Source: Seison nebaliae (taxonomy: Eukaryota). Taken from it: DNA of 64,000 nt. The position numbers were made by a program, and so were the translations under genes. The stretch spans positions 13,566 through 77,565 of the forward strand of contig JALJEE010003011.1 of assembly GCA_023231475.1 (NCBI GenBank), read 5' to 3'. Of this stretch, positions 52,220 to 61,611 are shown one piece after another (position 1 is the stretch's first letter; each line of letters starts with the position of its first letter). The notes beneath the pieces are model-generated. The model worked only from the letters and a program-made list of their open reading frames with translations. It ran no database searches and had not been told where the DNA came from.

Positions 52220-55200
52220 ATGAGTCGATCAACTGAACAGTTGATCAAAGATCGAATTGAGAAGGTGAAAACTTCTCTTGTCGACAAATTAGAGGAACGA
52301 CTCGAATCTCGTTATAATCATGCCAACGATATCTTGTCGAAATTTACTAAAGAACCGTTACAATCGTTACACGACTCCCCATTGGATGTTGAGGACGAAC
52401 GTGCAAAATTTGGTGTTCGTCGGTCTCATCATCATCGTCATGAGAGAATGAGGAAAAAGATGTTGGAGAATGAAGAGAAGATTTTCTCAATGAAAAAAAT
52501 GGAGAAAACGAAAGAGAAATTAACGAAGAAAAAGAAGAAAGAAAGAATTCCATTTTCACAATCCATAACAATCGGTGAGGATGAAGAGAAGAAGAATGAG
52601 GATGAAGAGAAGAAGAATGAGGAGGAAAAGAAGAGGAATGATGTGATTATGGAAGATTTGATGGATGATGGGGACGAATCGGAATATTTTGAAAATAAAT
52701 TTGAAATTGAAGAAATTGAAAAAATTTTGAAAGATTTAATTCTTTTAGATGTTGATATGAACGAATCGAATGTTGAGAATAATGAGATGGAATCATTTGA
52801 AGAATATGATAAATTGAGACGACAGTTGAATGACGAGAAGTTTAAGTTGACCATTTTCCTCGCCACAATTCCTGTACGTGGCGATATGAAAGAAATGAAG
52901 AGAATGATCGATGAATTGTTTGAAACGTCTATCAAATTGGATAAATTAATAAATAATATTATTTTCCCGTTGAAGATGTTGGAAGAGATGAACGTTGGTC
53001 ATTTATCGGAAGAATATGATCTCGCCGAATATTTATTACAATTGGCTGTATTTATTCGAAATCGATTATATCGACGAGATGTCGCTCATCAATTACTTGT
53101 GATACTTCTCAATTTCGAATGTTGTATTCCACTCTTTAAATTCTACAGTAAATTATGTATGAATATTCCCAATGATTGGTTATCACTTCCTTACTTTTTC
53201 GAAATATCGAATGATCATCGACGATATCCGAATGTTATGCGTAATGCTCTCATCGAAACATTTCCCACATTCTCCGAATATCAAATGGGGAAATATTGTA
53301 ATGCGGCGAAAGTGTTGCCGAATAAAATTCGAATAACGTTCCGATCTCTCATCAGTTCTCTACATATCTCTAGTCCACCTCTCTATATTTATTGTCTGTT
53401 TGGAATGAAATATCCGAAGACATATCACGAATTCCAAGCGAGTAATTTACCAGGTAATTTCGATCCTAATCAAATTGGAAAAAAGATGAAATTCAAATCA
53501 CCAGAAACGTGGGATCGTTTGTTGGCAGTTCAGGGCAATAAGAAATCAGTATGGCATAAATTGATAAGTGAATCGAAATTACCGTTAATGGCGATGGTGA
53601 GGAATGTGAGGAATATTATTCTTTCTGATGTGGCAGAGAAAGTTCATAATATCGTTTGGAATTGTCTCAAAGACAAACGACGAATTAATAGAGCGATGTT
53701 GATGCCCGATGATTATTCGAAGGCAGCTAGAGAATTACGACATTATATAGATATGGGATTAGATAACCCAAAGAAAGTTAAAGAACTAGCGAGAAATAAG
53801 AAACTTCGGAATAAAGTTGAATTGATCCATCAATTCAAAGGGATAACGAAGAAATATTGTTCATATTTAGATGGTGCTGAAAAATTGGCTACTCAATTCA
53901 AAATTCCCAATATTAAGGGAGTGACATTCATTGGTGATCATATATCGATAAGTCGATTATCTGACCGATGTGAACATATAGAATCAGTGATTGATGATAT
54001 AACGGTGAAATTTGATCAATTCATCATAGATGATTCCACATTACTTAATGACGAATTTAAAGCACATTTGAATGATAATTATGTAGGATTATTCATAGAC
54101 GAGAATCAAATAGCTGATATTCAATGTCATCCGAAATATCCACGAATTCTAATTGTTAAGAAAATAACGGATATTAATACGAAATTATTAGCGATGTGTA
54201 GTGAAGGCGATTTGATGGAACAAGTTCGAGATGAATGTTTGAAGAGTGTAAAAGAGATGAAAGAAATTCATCATCCAATTTATGTCAGTTCATTAAGAGA
54301 ACATGGTATGATGGAAGAAAAGAAGAATTTCTTGTTGCCATGGAAACATGTAGATGAGAATATTTCAATGAGTAATCAAAAGATTCGAGTATTTATCTCA
54401 TCAACTTTTATTGGAATGAATGAAAAGAGAACGGAATTGATCAACACTTTATCTCTTCTTCGATATAAATTATTAGAACAATTCCGATTAGATGTGGAAT
54501 GGGTCGATCTTCGTTGGGGAATTAAACCGTCCGCCAATTTTCAAGAAACGAAAGATGCCTGTCTATTCCAAGTTGATCGATGTGATTTATTAATATTAAT
54601 GATTGAGAATTATTATGGAACGAGTCATTCGATGGATGAGGGATCGTTAACACATTTGGAATATGAACAATTTATAAAAAATCATTCGCTTGATAATGTT
54701 CTCCTTTTGGATTATGATGAAGAAAATCGATTAACAAATGACGAACGTTTATTATCATTCCGTCGTCAACTTCATTTAAATCATCGAAATATTTCTAATA
54801 ATTTTCCAGAGGAATTCATTCAAACATGTAAATCATTTCTCAATCGACAGAAGAATTTATTTCATCCATATTATCGATATCAGAAGATGGTGGATGATCG
54901 ATTGAAACATTTCCCTCGTTCTCTCGAGCGAGAGAATGAATTGAGTTATGATATATTCGATGAATATTCGAATGATTTAATTGTGATTCATATAGAAGGG
55001 AATGGTGTCAGTACATTTTTGCGACAGATCGAATTGAATAAAAAAGAAACGTGTACATTTTTCTCATATTTCGCTTCTCCAATTTTCAGTAATTCGCCCA
55101 ATTTCATTCTATCGATATTCATCGATCAATTGATATATGATTTGGTTGACGATTTCGATTCAGTAAGGAAAAGGATCGATGTCGAACATTTATTCGAATT

Positions 55201-58200
55201 ATGTGAATTGAGAAATGAAATTCCAAATTTCGTTTGGTATCGAGGAGAAGATGAACGGAAAGATTTGATCGATTATCTCACTGCCAATCTCTCCATCAAA
55301 CAATTACAAAAAATTTTCCAAAATTTAGTACAAATGAAATTGTTAAAGGAGAAGACGAAAGAGAAATATTCACTTATTTTCATTGTCGACGATACGACTC
55401 AATACGAGAATGGAAATGTGATGAGAAATATTCTCATGGAAATTCTGGAGAGTCAATCGAAGACAATTGAGAGAAATTTACAAATTGTCATATTGTTCGG
55501 TGATAATTGGAGAAATTACGAATATAGAGATAAAGAGAAATCTCTCAAATTGAATACGATTCAATCGAGTACGGAAAAAGTGGAAGTGATTCGAAGTCAA
55601 TTCGAATATTATGGAAAGAATCTCGATTCCTCATTGAACGAGCCACAACTCATCTTATTGCTGAGTAAGAAGAATAGTAGCAATTTGAAATATTTATCGA
55701 TGGCTATCGAATATCTTCGACGTGAAACGAATTTTGAAAATATTTCTGATGAAATCAAATCTTTACCAGATACGACGGAGGAATTGGTAAAATTTATTAT
55801 TGAAAAAATTTCAAAAAAATATAATCAATTCTCAATTTATCTTATTCTCCTCAATTCTCTCATCAATGATCAACGATATCGATTGACTAGTCAATTGAAT
55901 AATTCTTCAGTTGACTTATCATTTCATGATCTATTCCAATTTGTTCATTTCCAATTATTTGTCGCAAATAAAGTTGCATCAAATTTCGATGATAATCTAT
56001 CTAGCGATTTCTTCAACACATTTTACAACATTCTTTTCATGAGCAACGAAGAATTGAACATTTATATTACCGAATATATGGAAATGAGCAAAATGACGAA
56101 ATTCAATAAATTCTATTCACGATTCCATTGTATGATGTATGATTTGGAGATGATTTTATCATCTCAACCATTCGTTTTCTTGAAGAATTGGGAGATATTT
56201 GAGATAATTGAGAAAATGTTCATGAAAGATTTCCCTCGAACATCCACCGTTCTAACGACAAGTGTAATAAAAAATTTCCGGAAGCAAACGATTTTATTGT
56301 CAATCAATCGATTGAATTCTCTTTTACTTCATAAAGTCGTTGAGAATGGAAATGTAGAATATTTCCAATTTAACTTATATAAATCACTCTTTCAATATTG
56401 GGGGAATGGAATTCGATTTGGAGAATTTTCGGAATTTCTTTCAAGTTTTGAAAATTGTCGAAAATGTTTAAAAAGTTTAACGATTATCGATTTGTTACAA
56501 CAATATGAAATATTTTCCGATTCGAATAAGAAGAATCGTATCGATCGATATGAGAAAGAGACGACCTTCTCATCTCGTATGATGAATAAAGATCAATTCG
56601 AGGAATTTGTAAATGAAGAGATTGTAACGAATGTGAATCGGAAGATGCTTCTCATTCAGAAATTCCTTCAAGGAAAAATTGATGATTTATTAAAACATCC
56701 GAATGAATTATATTTGTTGTTAACCGATCAAGATTTTTTGGTAGAAGAGAATGAGGAGAAATTAGAGAATGATAATTCTTTAGATTTATGGAAATCATCA
56801 GATCGTATGGAAATCGATTTGAGAGAACAATTGAAAAATGGTGATGAAGTTAAAGTGAATTTATTGTCGACGGAACAATTCAATCATATCGCTATACTTT
56901 ATCCAAAAGGATGTGATGGAGTGAACAGTATCGCCACTTGTTCCACCACGAAAGGAAATATCATTTTTTGTAATATGAATAGTGGAAAGATGATTGGAAC
57001 TTTATCTTTAACAAGTTATGCGAAAATTGTCGGTCTCAAATGGATGAATAATGAGAAGTTGTTGATCATTTCAGAGAATAATGAAATTTCTCTTTATTCT
57101 CTCGTCTCCGTTACTACGACAAATATACAATTAGATTATGTGACGAAATTAAATAAAATCGATTATATTAAACTTCAAAATTGTATTCCCTCTCCTGAAG
57201 GTGACAGATTCGCTGCTTATGGTTATGATGGAGAATTAAGGACTTATGAGTTAAGTGGAAAGAAATTCGATTTAGTTTTAACGAATTGTGTTTCTAAATT
57301 TCCAATAAATTCGGCCGTTTGGGATCCGGTAAAATTGAATAATATTTATGTGGCCGATTGGAACGGACAAATTAGTTTGGTAAAAAAAAAGAATGTTGTG
57401 AAATTGAAGAAATTTGATCGATCTATCAGAACATTAGAAATAAGTGCTGACGGTCAAACGTTGATTTGTTGCGATATTCTCAATCATATAACATTCCTCA
57501 CATCATCATTCCGTGAAGTGAAAATGACTTTCCAATTTAATTCTCCAATTCAATCCATATCATTATTAGCGACACCAGATAAGAATTTCAAAATGATTAT
57601 CGCTGCGAATAAGAATTATAGGATTATCGATCCATCACCGAATGCGTTGACGTTCCATTCGAAATTACCAGATTATGGTAAAGTAACTTTCTGTCAATTC
57701 GGTCAAATGAAAAAGACAAATAATTTATTCTTAATTTGTGTTTATAATTCTGGGATGGTATTATTGTTGAATGAGGATGTTGAACCGAAAGAGAAAGTCC
57801 TTCGAAATTTCAAATGCTCAATCATTTTTATGAGAATAATCGATAACGACTTGATTTTGATAGTGACGAACAAGAATATGGTCTATCATATGGACATGAA
57901 TGGGGGGATCGGCAAAAATTTTAAAAACTTTTTTGAAAACGATGAGAATATTTTATTATGTCATATGGATGAATCATTAACGAATGATGGTCTCGTCGTT
58001 TTTACAGACAAGAAAAAATTCTATCTAATTGACAACATGTTTGGGAAAGTTGAAATTTGTGAGAAATTCGAATTGAGCAGTCCCATTTCATCATTTATAA
58101 TAGAAATGAAAAATCCTGATAATTATTCGATTTATTGTGCGAAGACAGATGAAGGAATAATTTATTATAACAAAGAGAATGTTATTATTATATCGGTTAA

Positions 58201-59113
58201 AGGAAAAGTTAATTCGATGATTTATTTCGAAAATAAGAAAATTATGATGAAATATGTGGTTGCAGCTACTAATATTGGTACAATCATTTTCATTAACGAT
58301 ACGGGAACGATTGTATCGAAGTATCAGAGTCCATCATCCGCTTCATTCAATTGTTGTACCAATGGCGGTGATTGTTTGGCTGTATCATCATCTGATGGTT
58401 TCGTTTATGTATTTGGTCATTCATTCGATATACTTTATCGTCTCAGTAATTTCAGTAATATTCAATTAGATCATACAACCGAATTTAATCAATCACTTAA
58501 TTTATCACTTTTCTGTTGTGCGATGTACGTCGATCAATATGATGCCATGTATGTGGCATCGATAACGGACGACAAACCTCAACTCTTTATCAAACAACTG
58601 GAGATACACGAATGTCTAACGGAAACCGAATTCAAAGAAGACGAATTCCAAATCTCTCAAATTTCAAAACCGGCACCGATGGTAATCGATCATGAGGAAG
58701 AGGATGAAAAGGACGAAGAGGACGAAAAGGACGAAGAGATGGACGAAGACGAAAAAAAGAAAATGGTTGTTGATATTTCGAAAGCATCGACACAATTCGC
58801 GGCAATCGATAATAAAGGTAAATTGAAAATAATCGATGTCCATCATTCTGAGAAGATGACAGGAAAAAGTGGCGATTGGAGACTAATCGAAACGGATTTT
58901 AACGGTTCTCGTGATGGTGCCATAGGTTCACACACCGTCATTTGGAACGAAGAGGAATTTACAGTGAAAGATTTCAAATTAAACATTTCCGCTACTTTTT
59001 CACCGCTCAGTAAAGAGAAACTAAAAGGTTTCAATACTCTCGGAATTCAAGTTTCAATTTTTTTCTTTTTCTTATTATTATATTCTAATTTTCTTTCACA
59101 ATTTCCCAGATAA
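52220..59113 (+). CDS. TEP1: TEP1-like protein (telomerase/vault-associated protein 1 family): acidic N-terminal repeats, TROVE domain, DUF4062-like region, NACHT-like NTPase region and C-terminal WD40 repeats; 2297 aa, intronless
   Basis: The ORF track starts at a TTG (52190); the first ATG is at 52220 ('MSRSTEQL'). The TROVE signature 'VWHKLISESKLPLMAMVRNVRNII' matches Ro60/TEP1 '[21 protein letters not shown]'. A DUF4062/TIR-like block reads 'KIRVFISSTFIGMNEKRTEL...'. A putative NACHT P-loop region 'LIVIHIEGNGVSTFLRQ' follows; it appears to lack the canonical GK[ST] lysine. About 600 aa of WD40-like repeats follow. TROVE plus NACHT plus WD40 in one protein is diagnostic of TEP1 rather than NWD1/2. 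Confidence 0.65.
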   Translation: MSRSTEQLIKDRIEKVKTSLVDKLEERLESRYNHANDILSKFTKEPLQSLHDSPLDVEDERAKFGVRRSHHHRHERMRKKMLENEEKIFSMKKMEKTKEKLTKKKKKERIPFSQSITIGEDEEKKNEDEEKKNEEEKKRNDVIMEDLMDDGDESEYFENKFEIEEIEKILKDLILLDVDMNESNVENNEMESFEEYDKLRRQLNDEKFKLTIFLATIPVRGDMKEMKRMIDELFETSIKLDKLINNIIFPLKMLEEMNVGHLSEEYDLAEYLLQLAVFIRNRLYRRDVAHQLLVILLNFECCIPLFKFYSKLCMNIPNDWLSLPYFFEISNDHRRYPNVMRNALIETFPTFSEYQMGKYCNAAKVLPNKIRITFRSLISSLHISSPPLYIYCLFGMKYPKTYHEFQASNLPGNFDPNQIGKKMKFKSPETWDRLLAVQGNKKSVWHKLISESKLPLMAMVRNVRNIILSDVAEKVHNIVWNCLKDKRRINRAMLMPDDYSKAARELRHYIDMGLDNPKKVKELARNKKLRNKVELIHQFKGITKKYCSYLDGAEKLATQFKIPNIKGVTFIGDHISISRLSDRCEHIESVIDDITVKFDQFIIDDSTLLNDEFKAHLNDNYVGLFIDENQIADIQCHPKYPRILIVKKITDINTKLLAMCSEGDLMEQVRDECLKSVKEMKEIHHPIYVSSLREHGMMEEKKNFLLPWKHVDENISMSNQKIRVFISSTFIGMNEKRTELINTLSLLRYKLLEQFRLDVEWVDLRWGIKPSANFQETKDACLFQVDRCDLLILMIENYYGTSHSMDEGSLTHLEYEQFIKNHSLDNVLLLDYDEENRLTNDERLLSFRRQLHLNHRNISNNFPEEFIQTCKSFLNRQKNLFHPYYRYQKMVDDRLKHFPRSLERENELSYDIFDEYSNDLIVIHIEGNGVSTFLRQIELNKKETCTFFSYFASPIFSNSPNFILSIFIDQLIYDLVDDFDSVRKRIDVEHLFELCELRNEIPNFVWYRGEDERKDLIDYLTANLSIKQLQKIFQNLVQMKLLKEKTKEKYSLIFIVDDTTQYENGNVMRNILMEILESQSKTIERNLQIVILFGDNWRNYEYRDKEKSLKLNTIQSSTEKVEVIRSQFEYYGKNLDSSLNEPQLILLLSKKNSSNLKYLSMAIEYLRRETNFENISDEIKSLPDTTEELVKFIIEKISKKYNQFSIYLILLNSLINDQRYRLTSQLNNSSVDLSFHDLFQFVHFQLFVANKVASNFDDNLSSDFFNTFYNILFMSNEELNIYITEYMEMSKMTKFNKFYSRFHCMMYDLEMILSSQPFVFLKNWEIFEIIEKMFMKDFPRTSTVLTTSVIKNFRKQTILLSINRLNSLLLHKVVENGNVEYFQFNLYKSLFQYWGNGIRFGEFSEFLSSFENCRKCLKSLTIIDLLQQYEIFSDSNKKNRIDRYEKETTFSSRMMNKDQFEEFVNEEIVTNVNRKMLLIQKFLQGKIDDLLKHPNELYLLLTDQDFLVEENEEKLENDNSLDLWKSSDRMEIDLREQLKNGDEVKVNLLSTEQFNHIAILYPKGCDGVNSIATCSTTKGNIIFCNMNSGKMIGTLSLTSYAKIVGLKWMNNEKLLIISENNEISLYSLVSVTTTNIQLDYVTKLNKIDYIKLQNCIPSPEGDRFAAYGYDGELRTYELSGKKFDLVLTNCVSKFPINSAVWDPVKLNNIYVADWNGQISLVKKKNVVKLKKFDRSIRTLEISADGQTLICCDILNHITFLTSSFREVKMTFQFNSPIQSISLLATPDKNFKMIIAANKNYRIIDPSPNALTFHSKLPDYGKVTFCQFGQMKKTNNLFLICVYNSGMVLLLNEDVEPKEKVLRNFKCSIIFMRIIDNDLILIVTNKNMVYHMDMNGGIGKNFKNFFENDENILLCHMDESLTNDGLVVFTDKKKFYLIDNMFGKVEICEKFELSSPISSFIIEMKNPDNYSIYCAKTDEGIIYYNKENVIIISVKGKVNSMIYFENKKIMMKYVVAATNIGTIIFINDTGTIVSKYQSPSSASFNCCTNGGDCLAVSSSDGFVYVFGHSFDILYRLSNFSNIQLDHTTEFNQSLNLSLFCCAMYVDQYDAMYVASITDDKPQLFIKQLEIHECLTETEFKEDEFQISQISKPAPMVIDHEEEDEKDEEDEKDEEMDEDEKKKMVVDISKASTQFAAIDNKGKLKIIDVHHSEKMTGKSGDWRLIETDFNGSRDGAIGSHTVIWNEEEFTVKDFKLNISATFSPLSKEKLKGFNTLGIQVSIFFFFLLLYSNFLSQFPR

Positions 59114-59699
59114 GATATGGTATGAAATTAAATGAAAATTATTTCATTTTCCTCGAAAATAATTATGTGTGGAAATTCAGTTTGAATTATCAATTTTTAG
59201 AGAAACGATTACTTCTCTTCACGAATGGAATGATAACACCAACCATTGTGCATGAAGTGAATGGGAAGATCATTTTCTACTACGTCGATCAACTATATCG
59301 ACTCCAGCGTATTCATTACCGGTAAATTAAGTAAAGAACAAAAACAAAAAACTTTTTAACAGTTTTAATTTTCCATTCAAATAATTTCAACAATTTATCA
59401 TTTTTTCGTTGATGATGACTGAATAATTTAAATTTAGAATTTGGGTTTTTTTAAAAATATTTATTAGAAATATAAAATAAAATTATTTTATATAGAAATA
59501 AAAATTAATTTATGTCAACTGTGTTGATTATTCATTCTTCATTAATTAATTGATTCAAATATTGATTCTCGCCAATTTTTTGGATTTGTTATTCGAAGAT
59601 GATTCGGATTTAAAGAGTATTAGATTGGTCAAATAAAATTAATATTTCGATGGGTACAAGTCAACTAAAGTAACAATAAAGTAAAGCGACATATTGTTG

Positions 59700-59935
59700 C
59701 TGTTCATCTTCGATTTGGTGTTCCTTGAACTTTCCATTTACTCTTGATGTGTTCCTTCACTTGGTTCCGAACTACGTCATAGTACCATAGCCTATTACTT
59801 TGGAATCGGAAACTGAAGATTCCCATCGACCTTTCCATTGCAACAGGTGTTCTACCCGTCGCAGACTGATGGTCTGTTGGTCGATTTTTCTTCTCGTTCC
59901 GTTCGCCTGAGAAGAAAACCAACCAAATAATTTCT
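59700..59935. other. Relatively GC-rich ~240-nt island downstream of TEP1 carrying an 83-codon minus-strand ORF (59704..59955). Possibly a small exon, a ncRNA or a transposon remnant.
   Basis: Local composition ('ggttccgaactacgtcatagtaccatagcc', 'cccgtcgcagactgatggtctgttggtcg', 'gttccgttcgcctgag') contrasts with flanking >85% AT sequence. The ORF translation ('...GERNEKKNRPTDHQSATGRTPVAMERSMGIFSFRF...') matches no family I recognise. Confidence 0.3.
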
Positions 59936-60227
59936 ACTAAAAACGTTAAATTCAATTATGAAAAATTTGTTCGATTTTCGCTCTTTTTATACACAATTCC
60001 CTTCAACTACATCAACGATGACTAAACATTGTTATATTTCCAAATACCAATAATCATCTTACACGTCATGGTTATATTGGCGAATCGGATGAATATACGC
60101 GACGCATTTTGATTGAACTATTATTTAAGATGAATCATCATTCCTAATCTTCGACAATACATATATTTCGTTCGACGACTCGTTTGTCAACATATAAGAT
60201 CCTCTTGGATTTTTCGTTATGGGACAT

Positions 60228-60265
60228 TTCGTTCATATTAACTTCGTTCATATTAACTTCGTTCG
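60228..60265. repeat. 15-nt tandem repeat (ttcgttcatattaac x2.5)
   Basis: Direct reading: 'ttcgttcatattaacttcgttcatattaacttcgttcg'. The ORF 60184..60375 reading through it is an artefact. Confidence 0.85.
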
Positions 60266-61554
60266 TCGTCATTTCATCCATTAGAAAGAATCTAGGAACT
60301 TTCTGCAGTGCAGAATCTGCTGCACCCCCTATGAACTTTTTGCACTCTTTTTTTGAAAAATTGCTGAGTAAGTAATTTTTTGCACCCCACTTTTTTCACT
60401 CTATTTTAAAAATATTTATTTGATGAATTTAGGACAAAACGGCAACCTATAATATTTTTTTCTAAAAAATGAGGAATTGTACAAAACGGCACCCTTTTGT
60501 GTACATACTTTTTGAGTCTGTTCTATTGACTGAAGGAGAGAGAAGTAGATAAGAAATTTCCTTTTCTTATATAAAGAAATATAAAGAAGGATAGGAATAG
60601 AGAACAATTAAGTCTGTTTCCACAATACGAACTACAAAATTTGAAATAAAAAGGTAATTTTGTTTCTACGAGTATAATATTTTCATGATCATGAACAATA
60701 TAAGATTTATTCCGAGTTCCAAGGGAAACAAATTTGCCATCGTTAACGAAGAATTTATATATTACAAAAAGAAAGATTATGTCAGTTCTGGACTGGAAGT
60801 AGTCTCCGACAATTTTGTCTAAACAGTATTGTCCCGACAAACATAAGCCAAAAATTTTGTCCTAGGAAAATTTTTGTCTTTTTTCGATCACTATAATGTA
60901 GGCGAGAGATTTTATCAGGAACTAGACACTTATCAGGCGTCATATTTCTCACGTCATATTTTTATAACTTGTATGAATTGGTAAAATTTTATATATACCG
61001 TCAACTGGGGGCTATGTGGGAATCGGGAGCAAAATAGGAAACAAAAAATTCCCATCTTAAAATAGTGATTTTTCATATGTTAACTATAACAATTTTCTAG
61101 GTAATTTGCATGATAATTCGGAAGGATTTGAAGTATATGTACAAATATTTAAAAGTAGTTTTCTCATATTTAATAAAACAAGGCGTTTTTTATGTCATTC
61201 AAAATTAGGAATAGAAAAGCTCATTTTTTTGGAAATAAAATCTTGGTTGAGAATGAACATTAATTTTAATTATCAATAATCCTTTTTTCCACGCTCCTGT
61301 TGCCAATATATTTTTGAACCTTATGGTCGATTTTCATAATTATTAGTCCTATATTAATAAAGATAATGACAAATTAATCGTCATTTCATTTCCAATAAGT
61401 AAAATCGTGAAAAAATAGAAAATTAAATGGAACATTAAATGTTACTCATCTTCGAAGTTAAAATCAATCAGCGTAACCGCCTTTCCTAGTTCTTTGGTTA
61501 CTCTCTTTCTTTTCTTTATTCATTTTCGAAACAAAATCTTTTACCGATTTGACA

Positions 61555-61611
61555 ATGCAACGTTGCATGATTAAACAAATTGAAGATTACAGTACTGTAA
61601 TCTTCAATTTC
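61555..61611. repeat. Two adjacent perfect palindromes: 14-nt ATGCAACGTTGCAT (61555-61568) and 34-nt AAATTGAAGATTACAGTACTGTAATCTTCAATTT (61578-61611)
   Basis: Verified base by base that each is identical to its reverse complement. They cause the mirror-image overlapping ORFs 61516..61725(-) and 61549..61737(+). Confidence 0.9.

Noticed and set aside
59122-59325. ORF 59122..59325 as an independent gene
   Set aside because: It has no recognisable family or usable start context. If real, it is more likely a terminal TEP1 exon reached by a 160-185-nt intron (noted as a low-confidence possibility) than a separate gene.
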